DNA from: Euglena gracilis
Lineage: Eukaryota
Assembly: GCA_039621445.1 (NCBI GenBank)
Contig: CP154954.1
Span: 3,167,715 to 3,231,714, forward strand
Reading direction: 5' to 3'
Length of the DNA: 64,000 bases
Shown one piece after another: positions 1 through 11,400 of the stretch. Made by a program: the position numbers and the translations under genes. Each line of letters opens with the position of its first letter. The first letter of the stretch is position 1. Below the pieces are notes generated by a model, which saw nothing but the letters and a program-made list of their open reading frames with translations, had not been told where the DNA came from and did not search any database.

Positions 1-712
1 CCAGCGACACCACCATCAGAAGCCACAAAAGGGTTTGCCCAGCCCACTAGGAAACTTTCCTCATCAATTTTGTTCCGACGAAAAGAGGCTCCCCAAACTG
101 GGTGAGCTGGGACTGCCCAACAAAACAATTACAATCTAGATTCGGATGACAGGGAAAATGCCAAACATGGTGGTTTCCAGGATGATTTCAGACATTTGGG
201 AGACTGTTATACGGACCACTCAATTTGGCTGGGCTCCACGTTATTGGGGCCTGGCCGCCTCCTCCGGCCTCTCCGAAGACAGACATGTTTAGTCCCAGGA
301 CTTTAATAGGAGCTCCTGGGAAGGGTGACTGGTTGACGGCGGGCAACATGGGACAGGGCTGAAAATTGCGGCACGGAGGCAGAACAAAAAGGGTGAGGAA
401 ATGAAATGGTTCCACCTGTGACTGCCGGGTGTGTTGAGTGGTGGGCGGTCAAAACTAGCATGAGGCAATGAATCTGTGGTGCTGAGAACGTTGAGAATGC
501 AAAGATCAAAACAGAAGACAAAAAGTGTTTTATTTTCGAACTGCGGTGAATTTGAAGTTAGTGAAGTTCTGGTAACAGAAATCAGTTTTTCCTCCTGTGA
601 CGACCTGTCTTCGCCGAGATCTTGGAACTCGCAGCTGACCTATTTTCCCGGTGGATTTTGGGTCGAATGTGCCGGGACAGGATTCCAGATACGGGGACGG
701 GACAGGGGGGAC

Positions 713-1200
713 CTGGAACCCGGGGACGGTGCCGAGCACCGCCTGCAGCCGCTCCGGGCCGAGCCGCGGCTCCGCCATCGGCACCAGCGGCCGCTCCTCC
801 ACCCGCCGTCAGGGCGGTCGTTAAGCAAAAAATAATACGCAGTCCCAACACCTTCAATGAAATATCCGTTGGGGAAAGTCGCCGAAAACATGGCCTTTAA
901 TAGGTCGAGTCCTGGGGAAAAAGTTATATCTGGCATCCTTGGACCCACACATCCACCCAAACCGTGGAGAATTCTTTGCCTTAAATGAAATTAAAAATGA
1001 ACTTTTAATTTCAAATTCAAATTCAAAGTTAAGTTTGACTTCAAATCTGAATTAAAGTTAAACCAAAAGTTGAAGCCCGTCAGGGCGGTCTTTAACGCAA
1101 AAAAAAAAACCTTCCCGGCTGTTGAGGACCGCCCTGCAAGCGGCCGCCGGCCCCGGCGCTCCTCCGCCCGTGGCCACCGCCAGCACGGGCAGCAGAACAT
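713..1200 (-). CDS. First two exons of an unidentified gene running off the left edge (MFCCPCWRWPRAEERRGRRPRVEERPLVPMAEPRLGPERLQAVLGTVPGFQ...)
   Basis: GC-rich exons 1200-1140 and 804-713 join in frame through a nonconventional intron with a perfect 10-bp stem. Exon 2 ends at CAG|GT. A pyrimidine tract plus CAG lies upstream of the ATG. Confidence 0.6.
805..1139 (-). other. Nonconventional intron in the left-edge gene
   Basis: ttgCAGGGCGGTC...GACCGCCCTGacggc, perfect 10-bp stem. Confidence 0.75.
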
Positions 1201-1239
1201 GGCCCGCCCACCCCTGACCGGGGAGTCGGGCACGTGACG

Positions 1240-1290
1240 CTGTGGGACGGGCGCAGCGAGGGGGAGTGCAACAGCGAGATTTGGGGGATT
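1240..1290 (-). promoter_or_regulatory. Candidate spliced-leader trans-splice acceptor of the left-edge gene
   Basis: C-rich tract ending cccgtcccacAG about 39 nt upstream of ATG 1200. Confidence 0.35.
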
Positions 1291-2345
1291 TGGGGAATGA
1301 TTGCTCGTTTATCCAAAATGCGAGCTTAAATACGAGCTTAAATACGAGCTTAAATCTTCACAGTGTGTAAAAAATATGCCAGCATCACCCAGCATTTCTC
1401 AACATCTCCCATCCCAGCATCCCATCATCAGAAATGCTGCCATCCATCCCCATAATTTCCTGTTCAGCTTTGTTGGAGGGGCAATTAGCGCTTTTCCGTT
1501 TCCCGAATGCCTTTTCCTTTGTTTTTCTGTGTCGCCTTCAAGGACAAGCCAGCGTTTCAAAAACAAAATCTCTACAGTTTTGTGTATAGCACATGAATAA
1601 AAAACCACCCGGTGACAGAGTCAGGGGACCTGCTGTCGTCGCAAGCCATTGTGATGGAGAGAAGCCATTTCAAGTAAATAACAATATATAAGCTTAAAAT
1701 AATAAAATAAACTTGTTAGGCGGTCTGCGGCATTAATTATGGTTGAACTTGACCAATCCCGGGGAAGCGGGGTCTCGGAGTGAGTAGGCAGGCAGGCACT
1801 ACCCCTGAGGGGGTTCGGTGCTTGCCTAGTTGTGGGCCAAAAAAGTGTCCAAAAATGGGCTGTTCTAGGCCTCCACCGCCTTCGGAACGAGAAGTCCCCA
1901 TCAGTCAAATGTGGATACTTTTGGACAATTGCCCAACCCCCCGGGGGTCGGATCCGGGTGCCTTGGAGTGCCTGCCCAGGCTCCCCGGGTGGGTCGGCCT
2001 CGCCTTAAGGTCAGCCTGTTTAGACTTCAGGTCGAGAGCGGGGGGGGGGGGGGCGGAGGGCTGATACCACACTCACACGTCAATTTCAATAGGTTGGGGC
2101 ACACTCTCTCATCGCCTCGCTTCGTTTCATTTGGACTCCCGCCATTTCCTACCTGCAAGGAGGACACATAATAAGGAAATCTCCCTCCCGCCATTTGCTG
2201 CAAGGACACATGAATCTCCGCAAATAAAATTGAACTGGATCAGCAACGCGCAGTCAGAAGGTTCCAATGTGTGCAGAGGAGGATCCCATAGCGGGGGCCC
2301 TCGTCCTCTCCAGGGGTTTTCGCAGGGAGGGCGGGCGCAGTATCG

Positions 2346-2426
2346 GTGTCGCACGCGTCACACGTGCCACATATGTCACACGTTTCACACGTGCCACATG
2401 TGTCACACGTGTCACATGCGTCACAC
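2346..2426. repeat. 9-bp tandem repeat overlapping the mnmG stop codon
   Basis: About 9 degenerate tgtcacacg units. Confidence 0.85.
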
Positions 2427-5400
2427 GGGTACCGCGGCCGCGGCCTCGGAGCGCTTGCGCCGCAGGTCGAGGTGCAGCCGCTGGCAGCGGCTGCCCACAT
2501 GGGCACACGCAGTGGCAGTTTCCTTTCCGTTTTGGGGTTTGATTGGGTCGGAATTTGCACAACACAACCCATGTCACCACGGTCTGAAGGTGAGCTTTCT
2601 GGTTCAGTTTATCACGACACAGTTCTTTTCCAAATGTTTTTGCAGAATCTGCCGGCGGTGGAAACTGGTGGAAACCCAGCACAGGGCACTGGACCTCATC
2701 CCCCCAACCCGTGATTGACCATTACCATTTACCATTAACACCAAATAACTGCGGTGGGTGCCCTGCCAAGCCTGGGCCTTGTGGGAGGGTGCATGGGAAG
2801 GTTGGGAGGGTATACCCTGCAGCTGGAAGGTGGGGGTGTGGTCGAACCCCCCCCCAACAAAGACGGGGGGTCCGATTCCTAATTCCTAATTCCCAATTCC
2901 CAATTTCTAATTCCCAATTCCCAATTCCCAAAATTCCCAATTCCTAATTCCCAATTCCTAAACAGCCGCGGGGCGTGGCGCCACCGTTGCCGATGGGTCT
3001 CGGGCAGGGCCGCTGGGCGGAGGGCCGCCACGTCAGCGCTCGTCACGCCGGGGATGCGGCTGGCCTGGGCAAGGGTCTCCGGGCGGACCTCGCGCAGCTT
3101 CTCGCGGCCGATGAAGGATATGGTGTGGATGGCGGCGTAGTCCAGGTCGGCGGGCAATTGCTGGCACGCCTCCCCGCCGGGGGGGGGGGGGGGAGAAGAA
3201 CGGCCGAGCGCAGGGCGTTGGGAGGACTTGAGGCAGATTTGTTAAATCTCGCGTCGGAACAATTCTTTTTTGGGAAAAAGGTGGCAGGTGTTGGGGAAAC
3301 TGCGCAAAAATGCTCAATAATGCGCAAAAAATGTACATGTTTTTGGAAAAAAAACTGCACAGAAATGCTCGTAATTTTAGAGAAAATGCTCCAAAATTAC
3401 GAAAAAAGCAAAAAAAATGCCCCCAAAAATATGCAAAAAAATGGTGCAGGATTTCTACAATTGTATGGAATTTTGAAGAAAATGTCAGTTTCAAAAAAAA
3501 ATCAAACCATTCAAAAAATTGGAAAAAAAACTTGCGAAAATGGTCAGAAAATGCAAAAAAAATGCAAAAAATCACAAAAAAAATGCGCCAAACCAACAAA
3601 AAAAAAAAAACGGACAAAACTGCAAAAAAAAAATGCAAAAATGCACAAAAATGCATGTTTGCACATTTTTGGAAAAATTGAAAAAAATGTGCAAGAAATG
3701 CACAGGCGGAAAAAAAATGCGACAGGCATTCACCCCCCTTGTCTTCAGGAGTGGGCGTGGCTTCATCCCCATCGACGCTGCCACCCGTTCCGCCTGCAGC
3801 TGCGCCCGGCGGATGAAGCCCTCGTACTTGATGTCCACCTCCACGGAGTCCTTCTCCTCTGCCTGCAGGCCGGCCTCGGGAGGTGCCCCGTAGCCGTGGG
3901 CCGGCGACAGGGTTGAGACCCGCGGGTTGGTGCGCGCGCACGCGTGTAGTGTGGTGGGTGGCTTTGTGCTGCGCATGCGTGGTTGTGTGTCGTGTGTCTG
4001 TGTGTGAGTGTGAGGGAGTGTGTGTGAGTCTGCACGGGTGTGTACTTGCGTGCGTGCATGCAAATGTGTGTGCTTGTCTGTGGGTGCATGTGTGTGTGTG
4101 TGTGTATGTGTGGGGGGCAGAAGGAGTGGTGTCTGGGTGACAGAAAAAGTTTGCCCCCCAAAAATTGTTAAAAATGTCACGTTTGGGGATTTTTTGGGGT
4201 AAAGTTTTGTCAAAAACGCCAAGAACCAACCGACCCCAAGTACCAACCCCAGGCGGGCCGGACCCTGCAAGAAGGGGAGATATGGTCCAGGGGGTCCATC
4301 TCTGCGCATTCCTCATACATATTGTTGGGTCATATAATTCTGGGAAATAAATTCCGAAAAGAGGCAAATTTTTCTCAACAAACCCAAGAACATTTACAGA
4401 AATGCATGTGTTTGCTAAATTTCAAAAGACAGCATGGGAGCGCTGCCAAATATTGCTTTTCAAAGCGCTGGCACGGCTGTGTGCCCTGGCTTCCAACAGG
4501 CTGTATTGCACGTGTGGCCGGCGGAGGATCCCCTCGACCCCACACTGTGGCTGGGGCGGGGCTGCAACGCTCAGAATCGCCCAACACTCAGGGAATGTTC
4601 ACCATGTTGCAAGGCGTACGGGGCTTTCATGCCCCCCCCCCCTACACGGGGTCGGACCCCAGCCCCCCTAGGGGGGGGGGGGGGCTGGGGGGTGGGGGGT
4701 GGGCGTGGGTTGAAAATGTCTTCTCCGCCCGCATGCCCTACACAGGGGGAGGATATTGTGCACCTTAAAAAAAGCAGGACAATGAGTGCCCTCTCAAAAG
4801 AAGCACATGCACATTTTTTGTTTCTAAAAAAAAGATCATCAGATACTTTGCACGAAGGAAATTTTGGGAGTATTTTACCGTTTCTCAGAAATAGTTCATC
4901 TTGGGCAAAAAAGGAACGTTGGGGAAATCTGGGAGGCACATACATCGTTTTGGAATAAAATTGGTCGTTATTTGAAGGTTTGAAAATTTTTCTATATTTG
5001 TCTGTATTTGTTATATTTGTTAATTTATATGGGCCCAAACATGAAGCCCCGTCTGTGGTCTAATGGGCATACATAATTGGGTGGGCCTTATACTTGAGGG
5101 GGAGTTATGGAGATTCCAAACAGCTTCAACTGGTCGGCCACGGTGTGCTCAAGGGACATCGCCGACTTCATCTCCTGCCCGCTCTCGGCGACCAATGCCT
5201 GCCCCAGTGGTGTGCTGAGGCTGTGCTGCAGTCTTCAAAGCGTCGAGAAGCCAACAGCAATGGCAGCAGCAGCGAAATCCATGCATAAAAAAGAATGAAA
5301 TAAAAAAATAAATGAAATGAAATGAAATAAAGCAACCACCACGATGGACCGAAACACAATACAGCACGATTGGGGTCCACCCGCACCGTCCCCAGGCGCG

Positions 5401-8400
5401 CTTTCTCCTTCTCCATTGTGGGCAGCCCTCCGTCCTCGCCTCAGCCGGCCAAGCAATGGAACGCTCACAGGCATGCAGTCCAGGCAGTTCATGCAATTCC
5501 AGTGGGTCCGCACAGCACCCGAGTATGTCCCCTGAATGTGAGCCTCCTCCAAACATCGGAAGGCCGAGTTTTCATTCCTGTCAGGGGCCATACAAGAAAC
5601 TGCGTTGCCGGTGCATTTTGCGTTCGCCCACGCACTGCACAAATGGGTTTGGACCCGGTCTCCTTCAGCCACGAGGGGGACACCGGCGGGGGGCTGGGTC
5701 TGGCGCACTTCGCCTGGAACTCCTGCCACTGCCGTTCAGCAACGAGGCCGTACTTGTACCTGGGCCGGGAGGGCAGCGATCCAACGGGCAACCCCGTCAT
5801 TTGGAATGATGCAACTGAACAGGGCGGATCAAGTGTGAATGTCCGGGGGAATGGGAAGCCTGCTTAGGATGTATGGTTGAGTGTGAGACCCCAGATCGAC
5901 TGCTGAGGACAAAAATGGTATAATCTCCAAAAAAACACAATCAATAATGACCCATTATCTTGGTAGTGCCCCTCCCCCGAAAATTGGCTTCAGTCAAGTT
6001 GACCAGTGCAGCAGGTAGGCCAATCCCGAAAAAGCCAGGTTTGCAAGTGTGGCTCACTTCAGGCGCCGGGGGGGGGGGGGTCTACCCACATGTTTACTCG
6101 AAAATTCCAGTAGTTCCTGAATTTGCCTGGCTCTCGGAGCACCCTAGGTGCCTGCCCCATCAGGGGGTCATGCCTCCCTGGTTGCAAACGAAAAATAGCC
6201 AAAAAGGGTGTTTTGGGTACTCCAACACACCCGGTGGGGGTGAGCCGCTGGTCCGCGTTGTCGGACCGCAGCAGCAGCCGGTGCTCCGACCGAGACGTGA
6301 ACACGCGGTACGGCTCCGCCTGGTGCTTCGTGATGAGGTCGGCCCCGCGCCGCCCAGCGGGCCATGGCAAGGCCGTACGGGAAGGCCTGGGGGGGGGTTG
6401 CCCCCTCACCTGGGGGAGGGTAGGGTATTACATGAGAGGGGGAAAGGGGGAGGAGTGGTCTGGAACCCCCTCCCCCCAGGGAGGGGGTGGAAAGGGGGGT
6501 CGACGCCCCCTCCCCTTTCTTGGGTAAAGAAAAATCCGCGCGGAAATTATGTTTTTGGCGATATTTTCCCCGACCAAATCGACAAAAACAGATGGGAATG
6601 GATGGGAAAACCACAAGGCTGTGTCACGAAGCGCCAGAGAAGGAAAAATTATTGGTTCCATGGGCGTCCCCGGGACCCCTCTCGACCCTGGGGGGGTGGA
6701 CTGGACCCCCCTCCCCTAGGGGGGGAGGAGGGGCCTCCCCTCCCCCTGTTCAAAACCAACGCTCTTAATACCCTGGGGGTGGGTCAACCCCCCACCACCA
6801 CAGCAACCGCACAAAGAAAACGGCTTTGGTTCCATTTTGACTGAAAAATCGGCGCCTCTGGAATCACGGGAAGGCCTGGTGGTGGGGGGTCGGGGCACTC
6901 ATATGATTTCGGGGCTTCCCGCACAGCCCTGGGCCATGGGCCTGGCCACGCCCGGTGTGTTGGTGCTTTTTGACCCACCAACCTGACTTTGAGGTGCCCT
7001 AAACTAAATCCCCCCCAAAATGAATACCAGGCCTTCTTTTGGGGTCCTGGGTTTTGGGGTCATTTTGGAGGGGGGGGGTTAAAGTTTTCAGGCACACATA
7101 TCTTTGCAAGGGAGAATGCCGAAAAGCAACCGTCCACTTGGCCCCCTCTCCCCGCAAAGGAAAGCGTGCAAAAAGATATGTTTTCGTGAAAATCAGGACG
7201 TGGTGGTAAGCGCAAAAAAAATCAATCAAAACAAAAATTCTCCAAACGACAAACATTGGTAATTGGTAAGCAACAGTCCGATGGTCCCCCCCAAAAAGGT
7301 TAAAAATACCCAGAATGGCTGATGATAATGCAAAACGTGGCTCAGCATTCTGAAGGGTTGTGACAAACGACGAAAAGTTGCCATAAGTTGGCTAAAAATT
7401 GCCACAAGTGCCCTTAGAAATGACCAACAACGCCAAAAATGGCCAAAAAGTTGTCGGAAATTGCCAAAATGCCCAAACTGGTTAAAGTGTTGAGTTAGCG
7501 AACAGGGCCAAAATACAGCCTAAAATGGCCCTATACCCCAACCCATGGTCAATACTTGACGCCATAGGTGCCCCCCCCCCCCAGTCTGAGACGAACAGTG
7601 GTATGTTTTAATGACCATCTTACTGGTGGGAGACCAAAACAATCCAAAAAGGGCCATATCAGGAGGTAGGCGTGCAGCTGAACGTAGACCTGGCATCCTC
7701 TACAGCTAAGAATTAAATTTAGGTCCACAGTGATTTCCTTTGATAGGCCGTAATTTTGGAGACATTTTGAAATTTTTGTATTATTTTTTGTGTATTTTTT
7801 GACCCCGAAATGACCCAAAAACGGCTGAGTCAAAAACAGGCCAAAACGGTGCAAAATTAATTGGACAAGGGGGTTGAACCCCCCCCCAATTAGAAGCCCC
7901 CCCCCCCTCGGGTTTCCCGCCGCCAAAATCTAAATAGCAGCCCCCCTCCCCCAGGCAGCTGTACGTATTCAAGGCGCTGGCCAACCACAAGCACACAAAT
8001 GCAGGTGGATCGGATTCTTTGGGGGCATCAAAAAGAGTGACATCTTCGAGGAACTCTGGCAGGGGACCCGAGAGTGTGCGCATAAAAAAAGAATTATTTC
8101 CACGTCAACACAAGTCCAAAAAGCCCGACTTTTTACACCCGACGCGAAGCGCCGAAAGTTTTTTTGGGCCCCACACAAGGGTGCCCCATTAGAAGCCCCC
8201 CTCGGGTTTTCCGCAGACTGACAGAACAATAACCCCTGGGGGCTTCTAATTGGGGGGGGGGGTCGTTTCAGTACCCCAAACAACTTTGCCCACTGCAAAA
8301 TTCATGGGCCAATCTTTTTGGCCCCAACCCTTGTAAACATCCGAGCAGTACTCAAAAACATTGATAAATTAATTAACCACTTCTCCGAAAAGCAATTTGG

Positions 8401-11400
8401 TGTGAAAAACATTTCTATTTTTAAAATTTGAAAACTCAGTTAAAACAGGGGGGGTATGCAACTTGGCCCTTCAAATTATGCAAGTAAAAAAAATTGCAAA
8501 ATTGCAAATTTTTTTTGCAAAAAAATGCAAAAAAAATGCAACTTGCATTAAACCCCTGAGAAAAGGCTGGAATATGACAGAGTTTTGCTGCCTAAAATCC
8601 GTGAACATGTGGCAATGCCGGTGTACCTGTCAATGATTCACAAAGAAGACCCCCTGGAAGACAACGGCAAGCACTGAAGCTTTGAAAATCAACACGAGTG
8701 GCACCTGCACGTTCAGGCAAAGCAAATCGTCCCTCCAGGTCACCATTGAACATCAATAAAGCGGCGGCCTTTTACTAGGGTGAAAGTATCAAAGACCCCA
8801 GGCAACTGCGGAGGGACCAAACATGACATGGCGACCAACTACAAAAAAAATTGTCCCGGGTAAAATATTTTATGCAAAAAAAATGCAAAAAAATGCAAAA
8901 AAAGCAAACTTCGGAAAAACCTGATTGTGCAAAAAAACCTGCAAATTATGCAAGTTGCATATTCCCCGCCCCCTGGTTAAAAACCCAGTTGAGACCAGAG
9001 ACAGTCAACAAAGTTGGGTACAAACAGGGCAGGAGTGCAAACAGCATGTGTTGCCAGCATTTTCCCTGTGCTTTCTAACCACCACGCCCACCTGTGCAAG
9101 ATGCCCCCCCACTGTCCTTGCACTCCGACGTAAAAAACTGGCAGAAACCACGGCCGCAAGTTTTTGTAATAGGAGGTAGGAGGGCCTTGTATTGGCGGGT
9201 GCGAGGGTTGCAGGGGGGGGGGGTGAGCCGGTCCCCGTCACAACCTCAGACAACAACCGCCCCCTCCCCTCTAAACTCAGTGGGTCCTGGTGCCATCCAT
9301 GCAGGGCGGCGGCCGTCCACCATGGTGCCGATGTACGACGACTCCCGCGGCAGCTCCAGCGCGGGGCGGCCACAGGGTATTGAGTGGCCAGGGGGGGGGG
9401 GGCACAACAGACTCTCCAGCTTAAAGCGCTGGAAAAGTTTGGGGGGAACTGGAAAAAAAGGCCCAATATCGCGGCTTCGCATACGTTTTTTTTAAAAAAC
9501 AAAATCAAGAGCATGCTCCAAGAAAATCATTGTACAAATCGCGCGGGGGGTCCCAGACCCCCCTTCGGGTCTGCCCCCCCTCCTGCCCGGGTCTGCCCCT
9601 CTGCCCGTGCAAAACACCAGTTCACTAAATCCCCTGGGCGGCCCAGCGCCGCGAGGGCAGCGTTGGCCCCCGCCACGAGGCCCTGCCCCGCCGCCTCCTC
9701 GTACCCCGTCGTGCCGCACACCTGTGGGGGGGGGGGGGCTGGATTTGAAATAAAAATCATATAAATATCATTATTTATCAACCTATGAATATACATTAAA
9801 ACATATTTGTACACATTGATATATTAATACATATTAAATATATTAAAAAAAATGCATTAATATGTTCATACGTGCATGAACACATTAATACATGTTAATA
9901 CATATTTGTAATGCACGTTGTTAATTTATACATATGTGATCATATATATATGAATATGTGTATATATGTGTGTATCAAGTCAGTTGGTAAGTGATGGAGC
10001 TGGTGTTTCGCAGGGGATAGGTCAATTCAAGGTGCCACTTTCATTCCGCCCCCCCACACCTGGCCAGCGAGGTACAGGCCGCGCACCGTCTTGGCCTGCA
10101 GGGTTCGCGTGCACTGCGTGGCGGGAATGTAATCATATTCGATGGCGTAGCCGGGCCGCACCATCTTCACCTGCTCCATCCCCGGCAGCGTCCCTCGATG
10201 GGGGAGCCCGGGCGAGGTCCAAACAGGAGGGGGAGGAAGAGCAGCAAGGGTTGAGCTTCGAAGGGTGATTATATGTGGAGCTCTTTTGTAGAACGTGGAG
10301 GACACCACCAACGTTTGAGGATCGTGTGTGTGTTTATGCACACATGTGTGTTTCTTTGTCTGTGTGTGTTTGCGTGTTTATTGTTTATCTGCTTGTGTGC
10401 ACGGGAGTGTGTATGCTTTAAAATAAATGCGAGTGCGCGTCTACCCCTGTGCAGGGGGGGGGGGTGCGCTGGACGGCCCTCGGAAAAAAATGCGCAAAAA
10501 TGCGCAAAAAAAATGCGCAAAAAAAGCGCTCAGTTGTGACATTCCTAAGGGGAAAAGGACTTAGAAAAATTTCCAACGATAAGCCCAAAATTAAACCAAA
10601 ATCACCAAAAAGAGCTGAAATGAAGGCATTTTTGGCCAAAAAAAATGCACAAGCAACGTCACTCAGCAGCGTCACTCTCCGTTCACCATAACCAACAATG
10701 TCAGCCATGGTGCCCCTTACTTGTGACCAGGGGAGTAGGATTCCGCATTTCATCTTGCTCCATCTGCTCAGCTTCTTGGCAGCAAGCTTTTGTCCAAAAA
10801 ATAAAATTTCCATTGAACAATAGCTTGGATGATCAGCCCTTGAACTTGAAGCCATTTTGTGAAAAAATCTGAGGGAAGAATGGAGAATTTGATTATTGGC
10901 GGAAAGAGGGATGGATGACAACATAGAATTGTTCAGAAGATCGGTGTTCAGGAACACCAATGTCAAATTTGTTTTTGACATGTGGACAATATGGACAATA
11001 TGGACAAAATGCCTCCAAAAAGTGTAAAAAAAAAGTGGGAAAATGGAAAAAATGCGCAAAAAAATGCGTAAAAATGCGCATTTTTTTGAAAAATTGACAA
11101 AAGTGCGCAAAAAAATGCGCGAAAATGCGCAGCGCATTCCCCCCCCCTGCCCTGTGATGAATGAGTGGGTGTGAGTGTGAACAGACGGGCATGTCTGGGT
11201 CTCTTGGCAGTGTCCCTTTCTGTTTGCGTGTAGTGTGGGAGACCTGCCCTGCCCCCTCTTTCCGGGACCCCCCAGCCCGCAGCAGCCCCAGCTGCAGGCG
11301 CTCCGGCAGCCCGGTGGAGCAGCCCCGGGCAGGGTTTGCCATTGCTCAGGGAGGACGAGGGGGAGCACCGGTGCACGCTCTGCTGGTTTCAAACCCTGGG

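Noticed and set aside
2975-4367. Long ORFs of 313 and 444 aa
   Set aside because: They read through low-complexity A/T-run and (CA)n intron sequence; only the embedded GidA exons are meaningful.
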